Below are positions 28,421-39,120 of a stretch of DNA of 64,000 nucleotides, piece after piece. The stretch's first letter is position 1, and each line of letters starts with the position of its first letter. The DNA comes from an uncultured Pseudobdellovibrionaceae bacterium (lineage in GTDB: Bacteria > Patescibacteriota > Minisyncoccia > Moranbacterales > GCA-2747515). Under the pieces are notes generated by a model, which was not told where the DNA came from, searched no databases, and was given only the letters and a program-made list of their open reading frames with translations. The stretch is from contig CAYXCH010000021.1 of assembly GCA_964463705.1 (NCBI GenBank), positions 1,162 through 65,161 of the forward strand. The letters run 5' to 3'. Made by a program: the position numbers and the translations under genes.

Positions 28421-29311
28421 TTAATTTTCTTGTCCGGGTATTGTTCGCATCCTCCATGCAAGAACAACAATAATTCCAATGATTATCACCGGTACCCACC
28501 ACGCATGACAGAATCGTTCCACAATAAACCATAAAATTCCAAACAGGATCATGAGAACGCTGTATGATATGCCGTGTATCCGTCGTGTACTACGACGATA
28601 CGTATGAAGCGCGCCACCCAGTGCCAACACGGACAGTATCAACCATGTAAAAGAGGAAAAGAATGGACGACACTGCTGTACAATAGTGCCCGTATCTTGA
28701 ATGATTATATCTTCCCCCGTATGGGAATCATCGGTTTCCACTCCCAATACCTGAGGTTCCGCATTGCCCTGTGGGTGTTGTGTGGATCGGTACGGTGGTG
28801 ATGATTCTCGCTCCGCTTCACGAATGTATACATCAATATCAAAGCGCGTTCGCGCTCCTTGTGCCGCATTGGGCAAATCATCATCAATCCATGCGATGAT
28901 ATCGTATTGTCGTGTTTCTTGCGCGGAAAGACGAGTGATAAAATAATGCGTCGTTGCTGCTTCTCGCAATGGCACACGATCACCGCGTCCACCGAGTGCA
29001 TACCGACGTGTGGCGGAATCACGCACGCCCAAGTATACAGCCCGTGCCAATGTTTTTCCATGTAAGTTATCAATGCGCAAAAATACATCCACCGGTGTCG
29101 CGGTACGATTACGAATTGTTATCGGGCGTACAAATTTCTCTCCACCCGATAACGATGATTCTGAAAAAATGCGATGATGTTTTCCGCCATGCCACGACAC
29201 ATCAATACGATGCGGTTGTGCCGCCGCAGCAGAGTATGTACTAGCGACGATTGCGATCAACGCGGTGACGAAGGCGTTGCTGCACATGAGTAACAAGCGA
29301 GAGAACTTCAT
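28421..29311 (-). CDS. Secreted TasA-like protein with C-terminal membrane anchor
   Basis: Signal peptide; degenerate TasA-type motifs (IFSESSLSGGEKF..ITIRN, NAAQG..FDI); linker with VLG; three C-terminal TMs. Confidence 0.6.
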   Translation of the reverse strand: MKFSRLLLMCSNAFVTALIAIVASTYSAAAAQPHRIDVSWHGGKHHRIFSESSLSGGEKFVRPITIRNRTATPVDVFLRIDNLHGKTLARAVYLGVRDSATRRYALGGRGDRVPLREAATTHYFITRLSAQETRQYDIIAWIDDDLPNAAQGARTRFDIDVYIREAERESSPPYRSTQHPQGNAEPQVLGVETDDSHTGEDIIIQDTGTIVQQCRPFFSSFTWLILSVLALGGALHTYRRSTRRIHGISYSVLMILFGILWFIVERFCHAWWVPVIIIGIIVVLAWRMRTIPGQEN

Positions 29312-29792
29312 GATAAATAATCAATGTAGCGGGAATAACAATTAACAACACAAATCCCTGAGGTGTTTGTGCATAAGATATAATCCTCCCAATCCATGGA
29401 AGGTGGAAGCGGACAGCGCCGAAAACCGAAGATGATGATATCCACCCGATATCATCAGTAGCATTGGCATCTCCTCGTGTTCGTAGGCGCTGTGTTCCAT
29501 CCGGCAATGTCTGCACGTCAACAACACGGTGTGTTACCGGATGTTGTGGGTTACCACTACTGCGCGTAACAATATCTCCAACAGTGTAGTGCGGTTGTGG
29601 TAATACAAATACCACGCTCCCGCGAGATAATGTCGGCGCCATAGAGTCCGACACAACCGTATAAATACGAAGTGGAGAAACCAACGGCAGAATAAACAGT
29701 ACGCCCAGTGCCGCAATAGCGACAACAGGGGCGTACCGAACTATCCATCGTACGGTTTTCCACGAAATAAAATTCCGTACATTCTGCATCAT
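29241..29792 (-). CDS. sipW: SipW-type signal peptidase I
   Basis: VVSDSMAP, VGDIVT, VTHRV, TRGDAN. Confidence 0.9.
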   Translation of the reverse strand: MMQNVRNFISWKTVRWIVRYAPVVAIAALGVLFILPLVSPLRIYTVVSDSMAPTLSRGSVVFVLPQPHYTVGDIVTRSSGNPQHPVTHRVVDVQTLPDGTQRLRTRGDANATDDIGWISSSSVFGAVRFHLPWIGRIISYAQTPQGFVLLIVIPATLIIYHEVLSLVTHVQQRLRHRVDRNRR

Positions 29793-29813
29793 GATAACAC
29801 CAAGAATTGGAAG

Positions 29814-30437
29814 CTATTGTGCACTTGTTTGCGCCAACTCAAACGTTACCGCCAATGTTGCCGTATCTCCTTGTGCAACATTATCCTGTGCGCTTGATGT
29901 CCAAACAAAATCCGCTCCCACACACTGTGTGGATCCACTTGAAAGAGCGCGATTGATATCATAAGAAGCTGCAACATCTTTCATCGCACCGCTGTAAATC
30001 GTTGCTTCTCCACTCTGTTTGGAGCCATCACAGTCATCATCCATATACAGCGTCATCGTAACGCGAGCGGACAATTCCCCTTCTCCGTTTCCGGGTTTAC
30101 CACAACTGGTATCACCGGCAGCCGTCTCCGGCTCATTGCATCCATTTTCTTGAGAGGTTACCGCAATGTTCTCCATGTCAAGAAACCCATCAATGCTCCC
30201 CTCGTTTTTCAAAACATACGTTACGCTCTGCGTATCGCCGGGCGCCAAGTTCGTTATTGTAAACTTCGTGCTTGTCAGCGGATTTTCCGTATCTACGGAA
30301 AGATCCAGTGTTCCCGCCGTGAAATAATTCCCCTGAGATGTTTCCACATCACTAAAATATGCTACCGTTGCACCGGTCACAGCAACCGCTACCACCAGTA
30401 CGATCAGCAGACTTTTGAGCATTGCATTCATACGCAC
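29814..30437 (-). CDS. TasA/CalY family protein with SipW-cognate signal peptide
   Basis: GATVAYFSD...N.FTAGTLDL, NLAPGD, LKNEGSI, NVAQGD. Confidence 0.85.
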   Translation of the reverse strand: MRMNAMLKSLLIVLVVAVAVTGATVAYFSDVETSQGNYFTAGTLDLSVDTENPLTSTKFTITNLAPGDTQSVTYVLKNEGSIDGFLDMENIAVTSQENGCNEPETAAGDTSCGKPGNGEGELSARVTMTLYMDDDCDGSKQSGEATIYSGAMKDVAASYDINRALSSGSTQCVGADFVWTSSAQDNVAQGDTATLAVTFELAQTSAQ

Positions 30438-30495
30438 TGCATTAACGAATTATCATCGTACTTTATCACTACAAAAATATTTTGTCAAAACATTC

Positions 30496-31809
30496 TCATT
30501 TTTCAATCGCGGATGGCGGTGTTCCCTTTAACAACTCGTTGAGCCGGCGACGTACCGATTCCGGATCTACTGACGGCTCTTCTTGTTGAGATGTATCGGG
30601 AGTCGGCACATGTTCTTTTTCCGATGTTGATGCAGATGATGTTTTCTGCTTGGTATCATCAACAGTCGGCACCGGAAGATTTGATGGGGGTGATCCCGGT
30701 AACGCTGATGATGCACGAGATGGAGAGTCTTTTTTATGACGAGATGAAGTGGATAAACGTGTTGCCGTTTCCCGAACCAATCCATTTGCATCTCGCGCCG
30801 CATTCCGAAATGCTCGCCCCATTGCCGTCATAGCCGTTCGCGCCCGTTTAGTAAGATGTTTCGGTGCTGCGGCTACCGGAGTACGAGATCGTTGAGAAGA
30901 TGTATTATCACTGTTGTTGTCGGATGGCGTATGTTCTAATGCGGAGTCGGTGGAGACGGATGATGCATCATCTGATGCAAAAGTATCTGTTTGTGTAAAC
31001 GACGGGTGTGTTGCCGCAGTATCTACACGTGTTGCCGCAGTGTCTACACGTGTGGATGCTTCATCGTATTGTTGATGTAATGCATCGCTGATTACAGTGT
31101 CCAATTCCGCATATTGCGCAGATTCTCTTGTATTATTTAATGCAACACTCGGTGATGAGGAGTGATAAACGGAATGCATGTAACTATCTACCGTACCGTT
31201 TCCGGACGCAACAGCAGATCGCAAGTCAAGACGTGCGCGAGAAGCATGACGGTGTCCGTAAGGATGAAAGAGAATAAACGCAGCAAATACCGCTGCAAAG
31301 ATGCACGCCGTCAGTATTGCGGCCGATACAATACTTATCGCCGCCGCTAAGAGAAATGATTGTAAAATCGCACGGGAATCCGATGTTGCGGTTTCAACAA
31401 CATGAGCATTCACTACGGCTCCGTAGTGAATCTGAAGAAATTGTTCTATCGTTCGTATAAGAGCGTCCGCCGCCGGGTGTGCCGCTGATCCGTATACCGT
31501 AACGGTAATTACTCCCGCTTTTCGGATTACACGCGTTGATTTCATCCGAAGATCCCGAGTGGGATGGATGGAATCATAGGCCAATGCCGTCGCCCACGGA
31601 GTGCGAATCGCCTCCGTATCTGACAACAGAACAACAGATTCCGCCGCATCTCGTGCAATATCCGCCGCCCCTCCGTGCTTCGGAACGACAAGAACAGAAG
31701 CCCGTGCCGCATCGGTAACCATTACGGAGAATATTGATGTGTACAAAACACCGGCAAGAATTGCCGTACACATCACCGCCGCTCCCCATAATAGACTCTT
31801 CTTCAACAT
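30496..31809 (-). CDS. Hypothetical membrane protein with long Ser/Thr/Asp-rich tail
   Basis: Two TMs flanking an extracytoplasmic domain; C-terminal VRRRLNELLKG. Confidence 0.6.
   Translation of the reverse strand: MLKKSLLWGAAVMCTAILAGVLYTSIFSVMVTDAARASVLVVPKHGGAADIARDAAESVVLLSDTEAIRTPWATALAYDSIHPTRDLRMKSTRVIRKAGVITVTVYGSAAHPAADALIRTIEQFLQIHYGAVVNAHVVETATSDSRAILQSFLLAAAISIVSAAILTACIFAAVFAAFILFHPYGHRHASRARLDLRSAVASGNGTVDSYMHSVYHSSSPSVALNNTRESAQYAELDTVISDALHQQYDEASTRVDTAATRVDTAATHPSFTQTDTFASDDASSVSTDSALEHTPSDNNSDNTSSQRSRTPVAAAPKHLTKRARTAMTAMGRAFRNAARDANGLVRETATRLSTSSRHKKDSPSRASSALPGSPPSNLPVPTVDDTKQKTSSASTSEKEHVPTPDTSQQEEPSVDPESVRRRLNELLKGTPPSAIEK
31008..31053. repeat. In-frame 21-bp tandem repeat (TRVDTAA x2)
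   Basis: GTGTTGCCGCAGT(A/G)TCTACAC twice plus a partial third copy. Confidence 0.9.
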
Positions 31810-31813
31810 AGAC

Positions 31814-32698
31814 TTAGAGATAAATCGTTGGCACAAACCGCGTTCGAGCTGCGTGCAACAGTCGCGCTCCATAGCGAGCTAACACGTTATTGAAACACGC
31901 TCGCGTTAAAATGTCAAAAGCGTAAAATGAAGTACCGACACTTACTGTCTGTAATGCACGAAATGACGAGCGCCAGAGAGATATGGATGTCTGTGGATGT
32001 AAAATGATCATTTGCGGTGTTAAGGTGGCACGATACAGTGTGACATAAGATGTCCTTTCCTCTCGTATGGGCAAATACAATACGTGGTTCTGCACAAAGG
32101 GTGATCCGGCACAACGCAGTGCGGGAAATGTTTGTTGCATTCGCGTCCATGGCCCGGAGATTTCTTTAGCGATAAATATACATAATTCCCTTGTCCGTGC
32201 GTCTGTTGCCGCAATATAGTAATGATCTCCGGATCGCATTAATGTTGGAGATAGTGCCGGAAAGTCTTCCGCCACCGTCACAATCGGTTCCCATGTATCG
32301 GGAAATCGCATGGCCCGATATATCACCAGCGCTCCGCATGCTTCTTCCTGCGGCGTCATATATGCCGTATCGTCCCGATCCACAAACACAAACGGATAGG
32401 TTCTGGATGTATGAGGTCCGTCAATATATAACGGATCACCGAACATAACTGTCGCATTATCGCCTCGTTGAATTGTCCGGCATGCTAATACAGCGGTATC
32501 TCGCGCATAGGTATACTCTGAGTAAAACACCGCCGTTACACCACCACATGTGGCAATATGAGGGTGTGCACGATATGCTCCACGTTGTCGCGGCATCCAC
32601 GCTACATGTGTTGGAATCCGATGACGCAATATCGCCGATGATGCTGCACGAGAAACAACAATCCCAATATGCCAATCCGGTGCGACGGACTCCATCAT
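31814..32698 (-). CDS. Degenerate beta-propeller glycoside hydrolase-like protein (GINT1 N-terminal-like)
   Basis: TYPFVF, YMTPQE, IYRAMRFPDTW, SGPW, RCAGSPF. Confidence 0.55.
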   Translation of the reverse strand: MMESVAPDWHIGIVVSRAASSAILRHRIPTHVAWMPRQRGAYRAHPHIATCGGVTAVFYSEYTYARDTAVLACRTIQRGDNATVMFGDPLYIDGPHTSRTYPFVFVDRDDTAYMTPQEEACGALVIYRAMRFPDTWEPIVTVAEDFPALSPTLMRSGDHYYIAATDARTRELCIFIAKEISGPWTRMQQTFPALRCAGSPFVQNHVLYLPIREERTSYVTLYRATLTPQMIILHPQTSISLWRSSFRALQTVSVGTSFYAFDILTRACFNNVLARYGARLLHAARTRFVPTIYL

Positions 32699-32827
32699 GG
32701 TTTTTAGAGACACACAAAGCCGCTCATACTTCCGTGTAAGATTACAACCCCTCCACAATCGTCCCGTAATACTGTACATAACCATATTTCTATGGACACC
32801 GTACAGTACCACAAAATTTTAAAATGG

Positions 32828-34174
32828 TCAATGCTTTTGTCGTTGTGTTATCGCGCGAACCAACTCCTCACGTACGACATCGCGATCATCCCACTGAATG
32901 GTTCGTCCACCGATAATCATTGTTTGTTCCGCCCCTTTTCCGGTAATCAGGATAACGTCATGATCTCGCGCCAGTGCAATTGCCGCCGCAATCGCCGTTC
33001 GTCGGTCGTCAATCACAAACAAATCCCGTCCCACCACTTTTCCGCCTTGCTCTGCCGCATCAGCGATATCACGTTCAATCTCATAGGGGTTATCATCATA
33101 GGGATCCACCGTTGTTACAATCGCGATATCGGCATCTCGCGCCACAATAGTGCCCATTGCGGCACGCTTTGCCGTATCACGCCCACCTCCTTCGGCGCCC
33201 AACAACACAATAACGCGCCCATTAGCTCCCGCACGCTCTCGCGCCGCCGCAATCGCCACCGTCATACTGCGCTTCTCGTGAGCATAATCAACATAGACGG
33301 TAAACGCGCCGACGGTATGTTCAATTCTTTCCATTCTTCCCGGAATTGTTTGCACTGACTGCAATGACTTCGCAATAGAGGGTATCGTTTGTCCATATAC
33401 GTGCGCCACTGCAATAGCGCCGAGCGCATTGAGCACATTGAACACTCCGGGGGTTTGCAGTGCAATTGTTGTCCCCGCACAAGTAAAGGATACCGTTCCA
33501 TCATCCTTGGTTTGTATTTCTTCGGCACGAACAGAGGCGTTTTCGCTATGTATGCCATACCACACGATATGATCTACATCCCGAACATAATGGTGAGCAT
33601 GTTCATCATCAGCATTGAGAATAATGGCTCGTGGAACGATTTGTCCGTGAATACGCTTCACTCTCCGATGCGCCACCGCATCAAATAACCGCGCTTTTGC
33701 ATCCCGATATCGTTCAAAACTTCCTCCATGTGACGGAAGATGTTCGGGAGAAAGATTGGTAAATATCGCCGCATCATACCAAATTCCCTTGTGGCGATAT
33801 TGTTTCAGTCCCTCGGATGTCGTTTCCACTACACAATACGTACACCCCTCTGCACGCATTTGCGCCATTGTTCGTTGGATTACCCACGGAGACGGCATCG
33901 TCATATGATAAGTATTTAAAATCTGTCGGTGACCAATACGAATCACCGCGGTGGAAATCACTCCCACGGATGTTGTATCGTTGGATAATGCCGCATGCGT
34001 AAAAATCGCCGTTGATGTTTTCCCTTTTGTTCCGGTAATCCCGATAACAATCAAATGCCGTGATGGGAACCGATAGTACGCCGCCGCACACCATGCCATT
34101 ACATAATGGTATGCCAGCAACACCCATTCCGGAAGCCACGATCGCACAATAGCTTTTACACGCCGAATACTCAT
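32828..34174 (-). CDS. murE: UDP-MurNAc-tripeptide synthetase
   Basis: [41 protein letters not shown]. Confidence 0.92.
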   Translation of the reverse strand: MSIRRVKAIVRSWLPEWVLLAYHYVMAWCAAAYYRFPSRHLIVIGITGTKGKTSTAIFTHAALSNDTTSVGVISTAVIRIGHRQILNTYHMTMPSPWVIQRTMAQMRAEGCTYCVVETTSEGLKQYRHKGIWYDAAIFTNLSPEHLPSHGGSFERYRDAKARLFDAVAHRRVKRIHGQIVPRAIILNADDEHAHHYVRDVDHIVWYGIHSENASVRAEEIQTKDDGTVSFTCAGTTIALQTPGVFNVLNALGAIAVAHVYGQTIPSIAKSLQSVQTIPGRMERIEHTVGAFTVYVDYAHEKRSMTVAIAAARERAGANGRVIVLLGAEGGGRDTAKRAAMGTIVARDADIAIVTTVDPYDDNPYEIERDIADAAEQGGKVVGRDLFVIDDRRTAIAAAIALARDHDVILITGKGAEQTMIIGGRTIQWDDRDVVREELVRAITQRQKH

Positions 34175-36777
34175 GCTCCGCAACACTTTTTATACTTTTT
34201 GCCCGATCCGCACGGACACGGGGCATTTCGTCCAACGGTGGCGCTGCGTCGTGCCGGACGGGAAGAATTATCTGCCGACTCCTCCCCGCTCCCGTGAAAT
34301 TCCGCTTGAGCCAATCGTTGTGTCAATGATGTATCCTGTGTGGTTGATGACGGTACAATTTGCAACCGCAAAAGTGTTTCCGTTACATTCTCTTGAATCG
34401 CTTCCCGCATAGAACGGAACATCTCAAACGCCTCTCGCTTATATTCCACCAACGGATCACGTTGTCCGTATCCGCGCAGACCGATTCCCTGACGAAGATA
34501 ATCCAGTCCGTCCAAATGCCGCATCCAACTCCGATCAATTGTATGAAGCAATACCGCGCGAACCGCCTCCGTTGCCGCGTCCTCATCTTGCGCCATCACC
34601 GCATCCACCGCCGAGATTAATCCCGTAGCGATACGAGTGCGCACGTCTTGACGGATATCCTCTTCCGTTTTTGACTCATCCGAAAGTAACGCCCGAATTG
34701 CCTCTCGATCCTCGGCAGACACACCCTTCGTTTCCAATGCCGCCACCAGTCCCTCGCTATCCCATTGAAACTGTTCTCCATGCGTATGCACCGCCACAAG
34801 AGAATCTACATAGGAACGCACCATCTCATGTGCCAATTCCTTTACCGTTTCCGCGTCGGCAAAAAGAATAGCGCGCCGCTTCTGATAAATTGCCTCGCGC
34901 TGCTTATTGACAACATCATCATACTCCAATACATGCTTCCGCAGATCAAAATTGAATCCTTCAATTTTGTTCTGTGCCGTTTCAATTGCACGAGAAATCA
35001 TTCGGTTGGTAATCGGCTCGGTATCGCTCAGTCCCAATGTGTCCATCATCGTCTTCAACTTGTCACCACCAAATCGTCGCATTAATTCATCTTGAAGCGA
35101 TACGTAAAACTGACTTGCGCCGGGATCGCCTTGTCGGCCGGCACGTCCTCGCAACTGATTATCAATACGCCGCGCTTCATGACGCTCCGTTCCGATAATC
35201 ATCAACCCACCGAGATCCGCAACACCCTCGCCAAGTTTAATATCCGTTCCTCGTCCCGCCATGTTTGTCGCAATGGTTACGGCACCTCGCTGGCCGGCAC
35301 GAGCGATAATCGCCGCCTCTCGCTCATGATTTTTCGCATTTAACACTTCATGAGAGATACCGCGCTGTGTCAGCAATGCACTCATCGCTTCAGACTTTTC
35401 AATCGCCACCGTTCCCACCAATACCGGCTGGCCCGTCTTATTCAGTGCCTCCACCGCATCAGCAACAGCGGCAAATTTCGCTTCCTCTGTCTTATAAATC
35501 ACATCGGGACGATCGTCGCGAATCATTGTCCGATGCGTGGGAATCGGTACCACCGACAGAGAGTACACTTTCATAAACTCTTCCGCGCTGGTCATCGCGG
35601 TACCGGTCATACCGGCAATTTTTTCATACAATCGAAAATAATTCTGAAATGTAATCGTTGCCAACGTTTTTGATTCCTTTTGCACGGGCACCCCTTCCTT
35701 TGCTTCAATCGCCTGATGCAATCCGTCACTGTACCGACGCCCCTCCATGATGCGTCCGGTAAAGTCATCCACGATTAACACCTGCTGATCTCGTACAACA
35801 TAATCACGATCTCGTTGGAAAATTACTTGTGCTTTAATCGCCTGTTCCAAGTGATGAACATAATGCACTTTGTCCGGCTCGTAGATGTTTCCCACGCCCA
35901 ACGCCGCTTCCACCGTATCCACGCCCGCATCGGTAAGCGTTACCGCCTTGAGTTTTTCATCAACCGTAAAATGCGTCCCGGGTATCAACTGCCGCGCAAT
36001 CTGCGCAAACCGCTCATATAATTTCGTACTCTCCGTATCCGGCGCACTGATAATCAACGGTGTTCGCGCCTCATCAATCAAAATGGAGTCCACTTCGTCC
36101 ACAATGGCATAATGCAATGGGCGTTGAACCATATCTTCGGTACGCTGCGCCATATTATCACGCAAATAATCAAACCCGAACTCATTGTTTGTTCCGTACG
36201 TAATATCCGCGGCATAGGCCTCCGCTCGCGGCACTTCTTCCAAATTCTTCTCCTCAATACTTACCTCGTCGGTATCCACCACTACGGGAGTGTACCGATA
36301 TGCCGTTGCATGGACAATACATGACGTACTCATTCCCAATGCCGAAAATACCGCGCCCATCCAGTTGGCATCACGACGCGCCAAATAATCATTAACGGTA
36401 ACAACATGCACACCCTTTCCGGTAAGAGCATTCAAATAGATCGGAAGCGTACTGGTTAATGTTTTTCCCTCTCCGGTTTTCATCTCGGCGATCTTACCTT
36501 CATGCAGTACGATGCCACCCATGATTTGCTCATCGTAGTGACGCTGTCCCAACGTTCGGCGCGCCGCCTCTCGTACCGCCGCAAACGCCTCCGGAAGAAG
36601 ATCATCCAATGACTCTCCCGCCGCCAAACGCTCTCGGAACGCTGCCGTTTGTTCCCGCAGCGCATCATCCGATAAGCGTTTCATCGCCGCCTCATGCGTT
36701 CCCACCTGCTCCGCTCTTGTCCGCAGGCGCGCAACTTCCCGTTGTGTTCCATCAAACAATTGTCCAAAAAATCCCAT
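34171..36777 (-). CDS. secA: Preprotein translocase SecA
   Basis: [49 protein letters not shown]. Confidence 0.98.
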   Translation of the reverse strand: MGFFGQLFDGTQREVARLRTRAEQVGTHEAAMKRLSDDALREQTAAFRERLAAGESLDDLLPEAFAAVREAARRTLGQRHYDEQIMGGIVLHEGKIAEMKTGEGKTLTSTLPIYLNALTGKGVHVVTVNDYLARRDANWMGAVFSALGMSTSCIVHATAYRYTPVVVDTDEVSIEEKNLEEVPRAEAYAADITYGTNNEFGFDYLRDNMAQRTEDMVQRPLHYAIVDEVDSILIDEARTPLIISAPDTESTKLYERFAQIARQLIPGTHFTVDEKLKAVTLTDAGVDTVEAALGVGNIYEPDKVHYVHHLEQAIKAQVIFQRDRDYVVRDQQVLIVDDFTGRIMEGRRYSDGLHQAIEAKEGVPVQKESKTLATITFQNYFRLYEKIAGMTGTAMTSAEEFMKVYSLSVVPIPTHRTMIRDDRPDVIYKTEEAKFAAVADAVEALNKTGQPVLVGTVAIEKSEAMSALLTQRGISHEVLNAKNHEREAAIIARAGQRGAVTIATNMAGRGTDIKLGEGVADLGGLMIIGTERHEARRIDNQLRGRAGRQGDPGASQFYVSLQDELMRRFGGDKLKTMMDTLGLSDTEPITNRMISRAIETAQNKIEGFNFDLRKHVLEYDDVVNKQREAIYQKRRAILFADAETVKELAHEMVRSYVDSLVAVHTHGEQFQWDSEGLVAALETKGVSAEDREAIRALLSDESKTEEDIRQDVRTRIATGLISAVDAVMAQDEDAATEAVRAVLLHTIDRSWMRHLDGLDYLRQGIGLRGYGQRDPLVEYKREAFEMFRSMREAIQENVTETLLRLQIVPSSTTQDTSLTQRLAQAEFHGSGEESADNSSRPARRSATVGRNAPCPCGSGKKYKKCCGA

Positions 36778-36855
36778 AGGTTTGTCTCAAAAGAAATCTC
36801 GCTTCACAGTATACCACAGTTGAAGTGATGTTCGTTTCGCGGTACACTGCAAACT

Positions 36856-38421
36856 ATGGTAGACGGTATCCGAAAACACAGACATGTTACTCCTTCCGCC
36901 CCGCGTCCACCGCGATATTCCGTTTTTGTGCGCACGCTGGCGGCGCTGGCATCCACTCTGGCAGTATTTGTTATCGGGAGTGCATTATTTGTCGGCGTCA
37001 AGGCCTATACCGCTCAACGTGCCATGACCCTTTCCCTGTCAGACACATCACCCGTCACTACACCGGAACCCGTCACAAAGTCACCGGATACTCCACATAC
37101 ACAAACACCGTCGGACACGGTGGAAAATTTTCGTGCACCGGAGAATTCGGAATTGCGAGGTGACCGCGCCCCCATCGCCCACCGTCCCGATACAACCGAT
37201 GACATCTTCTCTCTCCGAGGTGCGCAACGCGGTATTATTACCATATTGTTATTGGGGGCGGATACGCGAAAAGATGGCCGTTCTCAACGCACGGACACCA
37301 TTATGTTGGCGCAAATACACACCGTTCGCGGAAAAATTGCACTCCTGTCCTTACCGCGTGATCTGTACGTCCGATACCGAACAAACGATGGGGTACTGCG
37401 ACAATCCAAGATTAATGCACTCTATGATGCCGGATTGCGTGATGCGGTGGGTGCCACCTATATTGTTCGTACCGTAGAGCATATTACCGGTGCGGAAATT
37501 GATTATGTTCTCGCGGCGGACTTTGACGCCTTTATTTCCGTCGTCGATGCGCTGGGTGGAATTAACGTTACCGTAGAGCGTCCCATTCATGACACTCGCT
37601 ATCCTACACCGGATTATGGCTATGAAACATTCACCCTTCCCGCCGGACTACATCATATGGATGGTGCCACCGCCCTCAAATATGTTCGCAGTCGTCACGG
37701 TGACCCGGAGGGTGATTTTGGGCGAGCAAAGCGCCAGCAAGCGGTACTGCGCGCCATTAAAAACAAGGCATTTTCTTTGGGAACGCTAACCAACGCTCGT
37801 ACACTCGGCGCACTGCTGGATGCTCTCGGCGCTCATGTTAAAACTACGCTCTCTATTCGGGAAATGCTGCTATTGGCACAATTATTGCAACGTAGTGACA
37901 CCCAAAACATCATCACTCATGTTGTGGATGCATGGCGGACGGACAGTCTGTTACGGGCAGTGCATATCGGAAACGCGTTCGCATTGATACCGCGTAGTGG
38001 ACGGGATAATTATACGGAAATTCGCGCATTAACCGCAATGCTGTTTGATCTTCCCTCACGACAACGTGTTCATGAAGCTGTTCGTCGGGAGCAACCACGT
38101 ATTAGCATCTATCATACACGTGGACAACAAGATACGGCAACAAGAGTACGTACAATCATTCAAGAGGCGTTAGGTGTGCCGGAATCGGCAATTTCTCTGC
38201 GTCGCGTTTCACAACAGCCGTCCGTTCATGCGCAAATCACCGTCTATGACGATTCCCGATTTCCGTTTAGTATTACGGCGTTGCGACGAGCATTGGGTGC
38301 GGAACATACTGTCACGTCCACGCCGCGCGATACGGATATTATCGTCCATCTCGGTGAAACGGCGGAAGAGTTTTTCCGCCCCAACACTATTAGTCAAGAT
38401 GTATTTAATAACGCCTTATGA
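36856..38421 (+). CDS. LCP (LytR-CpsA-Psr) family glycopolymer transferase
   Basis: LLLGAD, RTDTIML, SLPRDL, KINA, DFGRAKRQQ. Confidence 0.93.
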   Translation: MVDGIRKHRHVTPSAPRPPRYSVFVRTLAALASTLAVFVIGSALFVGVKAYTAQRAMTLSLSDTSPVTTPEPVTKSPDTPHTQTPSDTVENFRAPENSELRGDRAPIAHRPDTTDDIFSLRGAQRGIITILLLGADTRKDGRSQRTDTIMLAQIHTVRGKIALLSLPRDLYVRYRTNDGVLRQSKINALYDAGLRDAVGATYIVRTVEHITGAEIDYVLAADFDAFISVVDALGGINVTVERPIHDTRYPTPDYGYETFTLPAGLHHMDGATALKYVRSRHGDPEGDFGRAKRQQAVLRAIKNKAFSLGTLTNARTLGALLDALGAHVKTTLSIREMLLLAQLLQRSDTQNIITHVVDAWRTDSLLRAVHIGNAFALIPRSGRDNYTEIRALTAMLFDLPSRQRVHEAVRREQPRISIYHTRGQQDTATRVRTIIQEALGVPESAISLRRVSQQPSVHAQITVYDDSRFPFSITALRRALGAEHTVTSTPRDTDIIVHLGETAEEFFRPNTISQDVFNNAL

Positions 38422-38978
38422 GCACGATCCCCTATCTTATTGTCGGACTGGGAAATCCAACGGCACGATATGCCGATACACGACACAACGCCGGTATTCA
38501 CTATGTCACGACACTGGTCCCCGACACCGAACGCTGGCGTGCTTTACCCCGATGCGGCGCCGAAATCATTATGGGAACATTATGTGGGCACCGAACCGTG
38601 TTCGCTCGCAGCACACGATATATGAATGAAAGCGGACAAACGGTTGCCGCACTGTGCAAATATTATGATATTCCCCTATCCCGTCTTATTGTCGCACACG
38701 ATGAAAGTGATTTATACTGCGGAACATTTGTCATCCAGTATCATCGCGGGCACGGTGGTCATAACGGAGTCCGAGATGTTACCCGTGTACTCGGCAGCAG
38801 TGCTTACCACCGTGTACGAATCGGCGTAAGACCGCAGACACCGCCCGATGCCCCGCGCCCAAAGGCTTCCGCCTTTGTTCTTCGTCCATTTTCCGCGACG
38901 GAACGAGCACAGTGTCAAGAACAGTACCCAATCATTACGAAAACACTCTGTGAACACCTGCAATCACATCCAACGTAA
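38418..38978 (+). CDS. pth: Peptidyl-tRNA hydrolase
   Basis: IVGLGNP, TRHNAG, YMNESG, GGHNG, RVRIG. Confidence 0.95.
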   Translation: MSTIPYLIVGLGNPTARYADTRHNAGIHYVTTLVPDTERWRALPRCGAEIIMGTLCGHRTVFARSTRYMNESGQTVAALCKYYDIPLSRLIVAHDESDLYCGTFVIQYHRGHGGHNGVRDVTRVLGSSAYHRVRIGVRPQTPPDAPRPKASAFVLRPFSATERAQCQEQYPIITKTLCEHLQSHPT

Positions 38979-39080
38979 AAAGCCGCCCTCGTGATCCGGT
39001 ATCACCGTCCGACACATGCAAGGAGGGGAACATGTGCGTTCAGTGGAACCGGAACACAAACGCGGCTTTCATTCGTTGTG
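38977..39080 (-). ncRNA. Candidate small RNA (about 105 nt, long interrupted hairpin, anti-SD loop)
   Basis: Own TTGACA-17-TACAAT promoter; nested stems AAAGCCGC/GCGGCTTT, TCCGGT/ACCGGA, CACATG/CATGTG; loop TTCCCCTCCTTG; ends in U5. Confidence 0.6.
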
Positions 39081-39086
39081 ACGACA

Positions 39087-39115
39087 ATTGTATCGCACTT
39101 ATCATATTTTGTCAA
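39087..39115 (-). promoter_or_regulatory. sigma70 promoter pointing away from dprA into the hairpin
   Basis: TTGACA (39115-39110), 17 nt, TACAAT (39092-39087). Confidence 0.75.
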
Positions 39116-39120
39116 TACCC

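Noticed and set aside
38977-39080. SRP (4.5S) RNA or tRNA
   Set aside because: No CAGG...GNRA...AGCAG helix-8 motif and no cloverleaf or T-loop.
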